Assembly: GCF_018977255.1 (NCBI RefSeq)
Contig: NW_024704743.1
Location: 21,454,001 to 21,518,000 of the forward strand
Source: Callorhinchus milii
Taxonomy: Eukaryota
Length of the DNA: 64,000 bases
Reading direction: 5' to 3'
The translations under genes and the position numbers were made by a program. Of this stretch, positions 53,251-64,000 are shown one piece after another (within the stretch, counting starts at the first letter, position 1; each line of letters begins with the position of its first letter). A model generated the notes under the pieces. It searched no databases. It was not told where the DNA came from and was given only the letters and a program-made list of their open reading frames with translations.

Positions 53251-54467
53251 TTCTTCATGAATGTAATTGTTATACTGAGTTCCTTAAGGAAAGTTTTAGC
53301 ACAGTATGTTAGCATAAAAAATACTCATTCAGCAAAAGACATTTGAAGTTCCCCTTTACAACACTGTTCAGGGTTAGAGTGGGGGCCAGTGCAGGGAAGA
53401 GGATCAATTATGAAAGTATCTATTTTTGGAACAGATACAGATCAATGAGAATCTGTTACTCTGAAATGAGACTAGCTCTGCTGAACTGCAACTGGGAAAA
53501 TCTGTGAAGCAAAAAGCCCTTTCTTTGACTGAAGAATGAGATGTATACATAGAGGACCTTATCTAACTCCACTAGAATGTGTCCTGCTCTGGCAGACCAT
53601 AATGAATATCCTAGATTAATACAATGCCGGCTTGTCCACTGCGTTTGGAGGGGAAGGTCTTGCTACACAAAGTAGATAACTATACTGTATATTCCAACAG
53701 GATGTTCTCAACTAGGTTTGAATTTAAATTGTTGCGGTAGTTTCAAAGGAGATGCTCCTACAGATGAAGAGACTGACTTTAAAGCGAAAAGCTCTGGTTA
53801 CCTTTCTTTAAGAGATGCTTAAGTAACATTGCCCCTATGTTCTCCCCTTTCCTCTTCTTAAGCTGCGGATCTATGTACAACAGTATCTCAGCCAAGTGGT
53901 CATTCAACATGAACAGCCCTCAGCAAGTATCGACAGTGTCAGGTGTCAGAGACAAGCCCAATCTAGTTCTTAAGTCTTGAGCAATTCCAACCTGTCACAA
54001 GTTGGTGATCAAAAAGCACGGCAGATTTTTCCTTTCATTAGCTCAAGGATACCAAATTAATGCATCAATTACTTCACTCATCTGAAATTAGCTATGTTTG
54101 TATAAACCAGGAATCAAACATGCATCTTGCTGGTCTGTATATCTTGCTATTGCACTGGGTGCTGCCGTTACCAACTAGAGCAGGTGTTCTCAAACCTTGT
54201 CATAGTGAGCCTCCCTAAGCTAAGGAAAAAAACAATTGTGCGTCCCCACAGTTTACTAAGACAACACAAAGAACTCAAAATCCTAGATTTTGCAAGAATA
54301 CAAGTAATAATGTTAAAAGTATTTCATAAAGCACCTTTCGTGTTATAATAATAATCCTTGAATTTGGTAATATTGCCATCTCTCTTCTTGCACTCCAATT
54401 GGTTGCCTGATTCAGACGAGGGCCTGTCACTGATCTGCACCCCAGTCAGTCTGGATTTAGTGACAGC

Positions 54468-54654
54468 ATTTTTTTGAAGGGACTATTGCCTCCGGAAAGT
54501 GATCTGCCATTCAACTAACATCCGGGTTCCTACTTACTGCTCGGTAAACAGAGGCATAAGGAAACTTGCCTAATGTTTCGCCCTGCTGGGAATCGAACCT
54601 GGGTCCTCTCGCTTTCGAGGCGAGTGCTCTAACCAATATGCTACAGGACTCCAC
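54468..54654 (-). mobile_element. Young SINE 5' half
   Basis: tRNA-like head with B-box GGTTCGATTCC on the minus strand. Confidence 0.85.
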
Positions 54655-55314
54655 AATCATATCCCACCACCTTTTGGAACAACGTATTCAGTGATCCAAA
54701 GAGCTACATCCCCGTTTTCCAATCACTATACTGGAGCAAGGTGGTGATATGATAGAGGTGTTTAAAGTAACAAAAGGATTTTAGAAGTTGAATGGTGAGG
54801 AAGTATTTGAACCGTTTGGTTATTTGAAGACAAGAAGGTACGAATTTATGAGTATAACTAGAAGCATGAAAGTGGAAGAATCTTCTCTTATGGAGGGTCA
54901 TCAGAACATGGAATAATTGGCCAAGGTGGCTGTTGGAACAGTCGAATGGGGCATTTAAAGGGAAAATAAATTATTAGTGCGAAAGCGTATTAAAAGGTAC
55001 AAAGAAAGAGTGGGGAACTGGAATTAATATCAAATGTTTTAATTGAAGGACAAAGTCTGACACAAATACAATGGGTCGAATTACCTATTGTGTTGTAGAT
55101 TTCTTTTTTTTTCTCTCTCCAGAATATAGTTAACTGAATCTTATCGCAGGGATATCTTTAAAACTGAATCGTTTAACAAGTTTGTGGCAACATCCTCTCG
55201 ATGTGAAAAGCACTATACAAATGTAATTTAGTATTGTAATGTCCAACAAAGTTAACACATGCACCCAAAAGCCACCTCACAATGACCCCGAAGAATTCTA
55301 GTTAAAAGCTCTCC

Positions 55315-55512
55315 GCATTCCTGGGAGTAATAAACCCTTTTAAAAAAAATTGGTCACTCAATCCACAACTGTTTGTGGGACACTACTGTGTGCAATTGGC
55401 TGTTGCGTTTCACCCACAAAATAAACAGTCACTATACTTTACACTATGTCCTGTGAAATGTGTCGAACATGTGATAAGGTGCTATATCAAAATGCAAGGA
55501 TTATTATTATTA
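55315..55512 (+). mobile_element. Young SINE 3' half
   Basis: Deu-like core and tail. Confidence 0.85.
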
Positions 55513-56904
55513 CATTACAGGAAAAAAAAATCAATCCAGCTCACAGATTTAGCAGCTCATCGAGGCTTATAATTGTTCAATGAAGAATAAAATCAATGGT
55601 AGATACAAGATCATCTAAAAATAATCACCTAACATTAGAGTTACCAAAAAGGGAGGGAATCCACCTACACATTGAGAGAGTTGAGATAGTCCAGGAGACC
55701 ACTGTGTTATAAGACATTATGGTACTTTTTTAAAAAAATATATGTTAATATATATCCTAAGAAACACCCAGATGATATTTTCAGGTCTTTCAACAACTAT
55801 GTGGCACAATGGTTGTTATTCAAATTTTTCCCCCAAAAAACAAAGAGGGTCAACATACATGGTCTCCTATAGCAGTAAGTTTGTGGGCTTGAAAATTTTA
55901 CCAAACTTACTTGAAACCTGATACAATAGCTCCCACAGATTTTTTTATCAAAATGCACTCAAATCTGAAGCATTTTTGATAATGCAATAAGTTAAACACA
56001 TAATGTCTGATGATACACAATGATTGTTTTCACAACATAATCCTCTAGGTCCACAGAACTGCCTTTGGAATTGTTTTTCTCTTGGATTCTTGTAATACAG
56101 AGGGATGGAGAAGAAGCAGGAAAAGCATTCAATATTTGGTCAGATTAGGATATGCGACATATTCTGTGTGCCACACAGCTTGTTTCTCAGGACCACTTTT
56201 CCCCCACTCAGATGTTTACAATAATTGCATTATTAATAAGGAGACTCGGTCTGAATCTGGTAAAGAATCATCAGATATCAGCAATTAGCTTGATCAAGTG
56301 CAAAAATGGTCTCATAAAACTGCACGAGAAAAACTGCTCAATTTGACTTAGGTACGACACGTTATTGGAAACGCCCTCCTACAAAGCAAAGAATTAGTTA
56401 TTGTTTGACAAAAAAAACATTGAGCAGGTATCTACTGCTGTAGTACATGACTCACAGAAACGCCAAGCAGTTTGATTTTGCTGACTGTTGGAAAGAAACG
56501 AGTATCTGAGCTATGTGGAGAGATTACAACATGGGAATGTTTACATTGGCAAAGAGGATTGAGGGTTAGGTAGGTGATCTTATTGAAGTTTTGAAGATTC
56601 CAAAAGAAATAGCCAATCTACAGTCAATATAGTTAAGCATTCACAGCAATCAGTCATGACCAACGCCAATAGAAAATTGCTGACATCTGCCAAACATTGG
56701 ATGGAAATTTGGCAAACGTTGCGAAAAATTTGTCAAATTTTGCAGAAATTGCGGGGGCTTAATTGGTGCCATTGAGGTACATTTTACTGCCAACTACATG
56801 TTTTCACTTTATTGATAAAAACTGAACATGAAGAAATAATACATATTAGATTGTTGCAGGAGTTCACCACTTCCTGCCTCTTAGGGCCCGCAGTTGCACA
56901 TAGA

Positions 56905-56949
56905 CCCAGAGAGACATACTCACAGACACACACACATTGCTAGAGAGAG

Positions 56950-56989
<40 letters not shown>

Positions 56990-57063
56990 AGAAAGAGAGA
57001 CACACAATCAGACACAAAGACACACACGCACACATATACAGACAGAGGGAAGAGAGACACACA
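56905..57063. repeat. (CA)n / (GA,CA) microsatellite and low-complexity tract
   Basis: Seen directly. Confidence 0.95.
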
Positions 57064-58254
57064 AAGGCCCAGCCCATGACCTCCAACTCAGAAGGGGGAA
57101 GGTGAGGACAGATGAGCCTAATGCAGGAAAGGACACAGAGCTCTGGATAACAACTTGTGTAAAGAAGAGCCAGGGAGTCCGGCAAGCATAGCATTGGACT
57201 GGATAAAAGTATGAATGAGTCTCAGCCGCCTGAGGACCGAGGTGTTTTGAGTAGGTAGGAAATCTTTCAGAGGGACATCTGAGTGGATAAGAACACAGGG
57301 TTTGAAAGACAGCTGGGAGTCATACAAGGCAGAGGTTCTACGCGAGCTCCGCTTTGCTGAACAGTTTTTCCCTCCAGAGTTGGACTCCACCGTCAGAGTG
57401 AAACAAGTCACTGGGGTTCCATACCAGCTTCACAAAGAGTGGTGTGCATCCTCGGGTATGTTGTTCAGAATCCAGACAGGACTTCCTACCTTAGACCATG
57501 AGCACAAACTGATGCAACAAAGAAATCACAGAAGAATGGGGTATTTAATTGTATCACATTATGTGGCTGGAGCTATAAAGATGGATATGAGGCCATTCTA
57601 GGTAAATTCCAAGCAACTCGAAAGGATGTAAAAAAAATCAAAAGCCTTTGTTGTTAAGAGAGGAAGCACATGTGGTAGAACATTTAAGAAGATGCAAGCA
57701 TCAAGTCTTAATGTAATTATACAAACATTATATAAAAAATGCCAAAACCTTCTAACAAACCATCCCTACCCAAATTCACAAAAAAACAGGAACATGTTTC
57801 TGGATAACATCACCATCTTCCATATGTACAACTTCCTTCAAACCTGACCACAATTGAGTTACAAACCAATATCACTTCCAGTGGTTGCACTTGAAAGGAA
57901 ACCAAAAGGCCTTGCCACAAATTGAAAAAGCAACCAACTAACCGTTAAAATATTAGAATGAAAGCCTCAGGGATGACACATACACCACTGCACTTTATAT
58001 AAAATTATTTAATATGGGTCTGTTTATAAAGACCCTGTCATGTATTCCTTCAATTGGAGAGAATATAGAAAAGCAACGGTATTTAGAAATTGGGAAATTC
58101 AGAAAAAACATGAAAATGATTTTACCATTTGCTACACTTTCATGCTGAGGCCTGAACAGAATAAGTATTTGCAATTGACAATTTGTTTCTAATAATTAGT
58201 TCTGTAAATAAGAGTTTAATAATATTTTATTATTAATTATAATAAGATTATAAT

Positions 58255-58604
58255 ATAATATCCATTATCAAGTCTTCGAGACATCGCAAAGCGCTTCACA
58301 CAATATACGATCAAGTGAATTGACTGTATATTTTGTGGGTGAAACTCGGCAGCTAATTGAGCACAGAAGTGTCCCAGAAACAGTGGTGGATTGATTGACC
58401 AAATCATTATTTTTTGAAGGGATTATTACCCCCAGAAAAGCGATCCGCCAATTGACTAACAACCAGGTTCCTACTTACTGCTAGGTAAACAGAGGCATGC
58501 GTGTGGAGTAAGGAAACTTGTCGAACATTCCCCGCCTGGGAATCAAACCGAGGTCCTCCTGCTTGCGAAGTGAGTGGTCAAACCACTATGCTACAGGACT
58601 CCAT
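58255..58604 (-). mobile_element. Young SINE, long variant
   Basis: Near full length on the minus strand. Confidence 0.88.
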
Positions 58605-58879
58605 GCTGCCTGTAAACCCAGTTATCCTAACATTTCAGAGACTGTGCTCTGAATGAGCTCAATTAATCTTTGCTCCAAAAAGCCGACAGGGAAGTTTCTT
58701 AGAACACACATCCAATTCCACATGAATAAAGTTGTTGTTCTTCCCACCCTCCCCCTTTCACCCGTGCAAGAAATTTGCTTACCTTCCTGACAGACTGAGG
58801 TAACAGCCGGTATTATTTCCACTCACTGCCCTGTGTCCTCCCAACAACCTGGGAGGATGTTCACCGGGGAGGGTGGGAG

Positions 58880-58961
58880 CAGAAGTTGGAAATGGTCGCG
58901 GGCTGGATAAAATCACCGACCGGGCCAGATACTGCCCACGGGCCACTTGTTAGACCACGCT
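58880..58961. mobile_element. hAT/MITE-like DNA transposon terminus
   Basis: ...gggccagatactgcccacgggccacttgttagaccacgctg. Related termini cagggtggtccaac at ~20558 and caggtgttctcaaac at ~54181. Confidence 0.45.
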
Positions 58962-59734
58962 GGTTTATGACAACATCAGTGGTACAAAAATCCAACCGGG
59001 AAGAACAAGCTTGAAGCCTCCATCCTGCAAATTACTGTGCTTTTTTGGTAAAAAAATGGAGTAAGTGGCCTCTGAACTGGGAGTAAAATTCTACTTTGGG
59101 TTCATATGGGGCCTTTGCGATTTGATCCAGTTTGATCCATTTAGAAGCAACATCCTCATGAGGTAAATTAGATTGGGAGGGATAAAGTGTAGGAGTCATG
59201 ACTGATGTAGAAGGATAAGCTACCTACCACATTAAAAACTGAGACTGTGTACAAAGGTCTTTTGATCAGAGTTCCACACCTTGAGCTATTGTGACAGAGA
59301 TGCAATGAGCTGTTTGGCATAATAATAATGTACCTCTTCTGAAAACGTAGTAACTTTATAGATCCTGTTGTAGGGTAACTGATTGACATCAGAAATAAGG
59401 TATTACACAGTAATGGAGGAAGAACAGTAAGGGAAGAAAAACTGAATCATCCTCACCACTTGTGTATCTAATAGCATAACATGTTCATTCAAAATATCAT
59501 GGTAGAAGCTAGGAACAACACTGTTTAACACATGGTATCTATCTTAAAGAGGAGCTCTCTCATTTAAATACTCCAAACTATAATCTTTATGTTACTCGTT
59601 TGTGGATGCAACACAACACACTTTTTTTTGAAGATGTTAACAGGCAGCACAACTTTTCTGCAGGCTATGAAATGTCTTTAGCAATTCATTTGCATATTCC
59701 AACACATGTTCCATGCAGATACATTAAAATGTTT

Positions 59735-60125
59735 GCCTCAGCCTGTCTCGGTTGGTAGCACTCTCTTCCGAGTCAGAAGGTTGTGGTTTCAAGGCTCACG
59801 TCAGGATTTGGAACTCATATAATGTCGTCTTTCAGATGAGACGTTAAACCGAGGCCCCCCTCTGCCGTTAAGGTGTACGTTAAAGATCCCACGGAACTAT
59901 TTGAAAAGAGAAGAGAGTTTCTCCCGGTGTCCTGGCCAACAAACCGCCAAATAAAATTGGTCACTCACTTGATGGCTGTTTGTGGGGCTGCTGTGTGGAA
60001 AACTGTGTGCGGCATTCGCCGATAAAACACAGTGACTACATTTTTGAGTATATCCTGTGAAGCACTTTGGGACATCCTCTTAATGTGAAAGGCACTATGT
60101 CAAATGTAAGGATTATTAGTATTAA
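59735..60125 (+). mobile_element. Older tRNA/Deu SINE (resembles the shark SacSINE1-type DeuSINE)
   Basis: Head ttggtagcactctcttccgagtcagaaggttgtggtttcaag; body gatgagacgttaaaccgaggcccc...aaagatcccacggaactatttg; L2-like tail. Family name is from memory. Confidence 0.75.
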
Positions 60126-63100
60126 TGGATACAGAAGTAAACAATTGCATAATAGTCAATAACTATTTTCGCCTGCATTTTCGTACTCCAGTGCAATTCA
60201 CGTTGCACTTTTGTGGACAAGTGGGGTTTGGTATGTTGATGTTGAAACCGAGCGGAACCTGGTTTTCTCCATTACTATTGATACCAACAGGAAGAATAGA
60301 AGGAAACCCAAACCAACTGGTGGGGCAGATAGTGAGAGATTGGAATGGGAGCGTGGCTCAGGCAGCGGAAGATGGGAGCTGTGGTTTCATCTCGGTGCAC
60401 GGAGGGAGCTGTAGTTCTACTTATGTGGGATGGTGGCCCCAGAAAATGGAGGTGTTTATTCAGTTTAATTTTTTTTTAAAAAAGAGTTCAGAGTGAAAAT
60501 GTACAGTGTTTGATATCTGGTAGGAGGCCATCGTTATTTTTGATCAATGTGAGTTCTTCTGGGGATTCCTTGAAATTTACAAGGCTTCATTGTTAACAAA
60601 ATAATTTTAGCAAAAAAAAACTGCATTGCATCACTCCAACCTCCAGCAGGCCAATCTGCCATGGTTGAAGATGATCATCAGTAAGAACAAAATATGTAAA
60701 AATAGTATTTTAAAATAGGAATCCCCACATACCCTGAGATCTAGCTTTTCAGATTCAGTAATAAAATTGATTTCCATGCGTTAATTGCCTTGCCCTAATA
60801 GTTAATATGTAATCAGTCAACCCAGTTGCATTAAATATTATGCAAATGTATGTAAATTAATGCTTACAATTGACTTTCAAACACCCAGTTTTGCAGCAAG
60901 GCAGCTGTCAGCATCTTTTACCAAATTTGCATGCACCTCTGAAGGCTGGCACCCGAAGGGGCGCCCGCATGTTCTTCAATTTCCACTTCAGTAACGTTGA
61001 TGCACTTACAGCTTTTAAAACGTTTAGGAAAGGTTTACAAATAATCCATATTTTGATCAATGCATTGACATCAGAGAGGATAGGCCATACAGCAATTTGT
61101 TTTCATGTATTCACTGAAAAGTGACTTCTATCTTATACTTTTGGTATGGCAAAATAAGAGTCAACTGCTTATTCAATCCACTGATGTGTTAGGTATACAC
61201 AACAGTGGATTTGACACACATACGCATGCTTTTCCTCAGCTTCCAAAAATAATAATAACAATCCTTGCATTTGATATAGCACTTTATCAAGTCAAGATGT
61301 CTCAAAGCACTTCACAGGATATACTGTAAAGTTGATTTGTGTGTGTGTACAAATCAGGAAAAAAGTGTGCTTTTCCTGATACTATTCAACACTCATAACT
61401 GCAATTACACATTAATAACATGTAGAATATTGGGAATCATTGTGAAGTTTGAATGAAGCATTTATAGGAAGGTGAAAATGAATGAATAGATAAGAGAAAA
61501 GTAAGGTCCTTAAGGTCTTCTTCACCTAATGTCAGACCACAAGTCGAACACCTACGGACCCTCCTCTCTTTACCTCTGTCACCAATAACTGGAAAACGAG
61601 CCAAATGATCACTTTAAAATGTGCCTAAATTAATAATTAAAATATGAATATTTGTAACAATGAAAATTAGTATGCCTACTTTTTAATACTCAAAAAAAAC
61701 GTAATGGTTTTGCCTTGATTTGAGTACATATTCTAGGATGACTATAGTGCAATACTGGGGGCATGCTGCAAGGTTGGAGGTGCTGTCCTCCACATCAAAT
61801 GTTAAACCAAGGTTCTGCCCGTCTTTGTTTTGATATTAAAGATCCCTTATACTGTTTGAAAGGGGAAGGGAATTTCCTGGTCAACAATCCTCCAAGATTA
61901 ATTTCCAGTTTGTGAGATTTTGGTGGGCACAAAATGGCTGCAGCATTTACCTATTTAAAAAGTCACTAATTAATTATTTTGAAGCACTTTTGAAGATTTC
62001 CATTAAGTCTTACAGATTTTTCTAAAACTTGTGGCATGTTTTCTAAAACCTGCACGGCAGTATCAAAGCACAAATAAAATAAAATGCAACATGGAGCTTG
62101 AATCCATAGCCTTCTTATCTGGTGACAAGTGTGCTACCAACTGAGCCAAGGTGACACTTATCGGTTCACACCATGTACCTATACTATGTATAGGTAACTA
62201 CACATTTAACACAACTACTGCCTCTACATCTGTGTAGGGTGGCATCTGAACATAATGTGCCCACATGGAACCACACATTAACACTTATGCTGAGCGACTC
62301 AAGCTGCGAGTTGCCAATTATGATTAATTTATGAATAGAAGGCTCTGCTTTGCTAGATTAGTGCTTCCATTGAAGCGCTGCACTTGTGCTAATAATGCAG
62401 GCAAATTAAAATATTACCATTATGAAAACACTCTGCAACCATTATTCTTTGTAGAAAACCAAGTGACAACCATACACTGCTAATATGTCTAATAAATCCA
62501 GCAACAAAATATTTAGTTGCATCTAAATTTCATTTTAAATCTGCCAAGTTTGAAATTGCTGCACCCGTATTTCCTCGAAGAATAATTCTAACATGATTTA
62601 GTTCATTAAAACATTCAGTGAACAAAAATAAAAGGTGCCTGTAAAGATCAGCTTAATCTGACTTGATTAAATATTGCTTTACAGGAATATGACTACTTTG
62701 TACAGTTAAAAACCTTGTTAATTTTATTAAAACAATAAGATTCAATGGTCAGCACACACAATCCTTGCATACGGGAATGTAAAATACAATCATCATTCAG
62801 TTTAACAAAAGTGTCAACACTCAAATGAGAATTCAAAGTCATTCCACTGGTTTTCCAGCTATGTAAGCGATGGTATTAAAATAGACTTTTCCACAAGACT
62901 TCACTTTCACATGTCAAGTGTCATTTAATAAACTATCAGGCATATATCTAAACCCTTCCTTGAACATACTTTACTCTCTCAACTACCGTGCATATTTCCA
63001 TTAAACTGCAGAAAAAGTACCAGAAAGGCTTCATCATGTTTAATACTTTCAAAGGCACTGAAACTAGCTAAGCATTACATAAGTAAATATTGATACACAA

Positions 63101-63524
63101 TAAAGCATTAACACAAGCAGCCTCAAGTCACAGAGTTTGTCTCTAGAAACCTCAAGCTTATGGTTCATCTAAAAACAAAAAAGTATAAAAAAAACTTGAC
63201 TAGTGTCAACACCTTACTTATTCAAAATAAAATTCACACACTACAGACAAGCAGTCCTCAATTAAGGCTGTATCTTTGTACATCACCATAAATGTAATGG
63301 TGTACATAAAGCAGAGTTTTAGTTAAGAACCTGCCTCTTTGAATTAGCTATTCAATGGATAAACTTGCTGACCCAGTACAGGAACTGAGGTTTTGTTTAT
63401 GTAATACTGCTTTGTTTAAAAAAAACACCAGAGCATCTTTTAGTAACAGGTTGACAAGAGGTAATTGAATCACCAATTAATGTGTACATTTTGTAAATAC
63501 AGAGAAAACTGCGAACCTAGAACA

Positions 63525-64000
63525 ACACAATACAAAATTACATTTGTATAGCGCCGAGTAGGAGGACATCCCAAGGCGCTGGCCAGTCAAGAGTTTTGGA
63601 CCCGAGTTGGGGTCGGGATTGGGAGGGTGGAGCGCAGGGGGGGAAAAAAACATTGTGATCGAAAACACGGTCGAAGAAGAGGGTCTTGAGATGGTTCTTG
63701 AAGGAGGCAACACAGGGGGAGAGGCGGAGGGACTGCAGGATGGAGTTCCAGAGGGTGGGGGCAGAGATGGCAGAAGCGCCCCCTGCCAATGGTGGGGTGT
63801 GCGAGGGGGGGACGTGAAGCAGGCCAGAGCCCACTAAGCACAGGGAGCGGGCAGGATGGGATGGTAGGGGTTAGGAGGTTGCAGAGGTAGGGGGGGGAGC
63901 AAGACCATGGAGGGCTTTGAAGGTGAGGACCAGGATCTTGAACTGGATCCTCTGAGTAATGGGAAGCCAGTGGAGTCGGGCAAGAATGGGGGTGATAGGG
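63525..64000 (-). mobile_element. L2 LINE 3' fragment running off the window
   Basis: Matches the other copies. Confidence 0.9.

Noticed and set aside
58777..58850. Strong minus-strand donor AAG|gtaagc
   Set aside because: No convincing acceptor, start codon or homology, and it is adjacent to transposon remnants.
20558..58961. Facing hAT-like termini as one 38-kb transposon
   Set aside because: No matching target duplication or transposase; more likely independent MITE remnants.
1..64000. The many 60-240 aa ORFs in the track
   Set aside because: They overlap SINE/L2 copies, microsatellites or AT-rich intron, often use non-ATG starts, and resemble no protein apart from decayed L2 ORF2 and the ARHGAP21 exon.

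Overview
Eukaryotic, vertebrate DNA. The repeat content (abundant tRNA-head/Deu-domain SINEs, L2 and CR1 LINE fragments) points to a cartilaginous fish, probably a chimaera/elephant-shark-like genome; this is an inference. The window is almost all intron of a minus-strand Rho GTPase-activating protein gene, best matching ARHGAP21. Two exons are solid: a 180-nt exon (19195-19374, start of the PDZ region) and a 25-nt microexon (14695-14719). One good and one weak candidate alternative first coding exon lie upstream (46907-46990 and 28575-28637). The rest is retroelement debris plus AT-rich unique sequence, and nearly all ORF-track entries are spurious or LINE-derived. I see no prokaryote-type system or new protein-coding locus. 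The most interesting unexplained signals are: (i) an unclassified ~560+ bp A-tailed repeat family with 8 copies between 18 and 43 kb; (ii) a long rod-like palindrome at ~39.05-39.75 kb that is obvious only after removing a SINE inserted beside its apex; (iii) an L2 with a twin-priming-like inversion next to the microexon; (iv) reciprocal SINE/L2 nesting and several short local duplications. Exon coordinates are base-exact; repeat boundaries are approximate.
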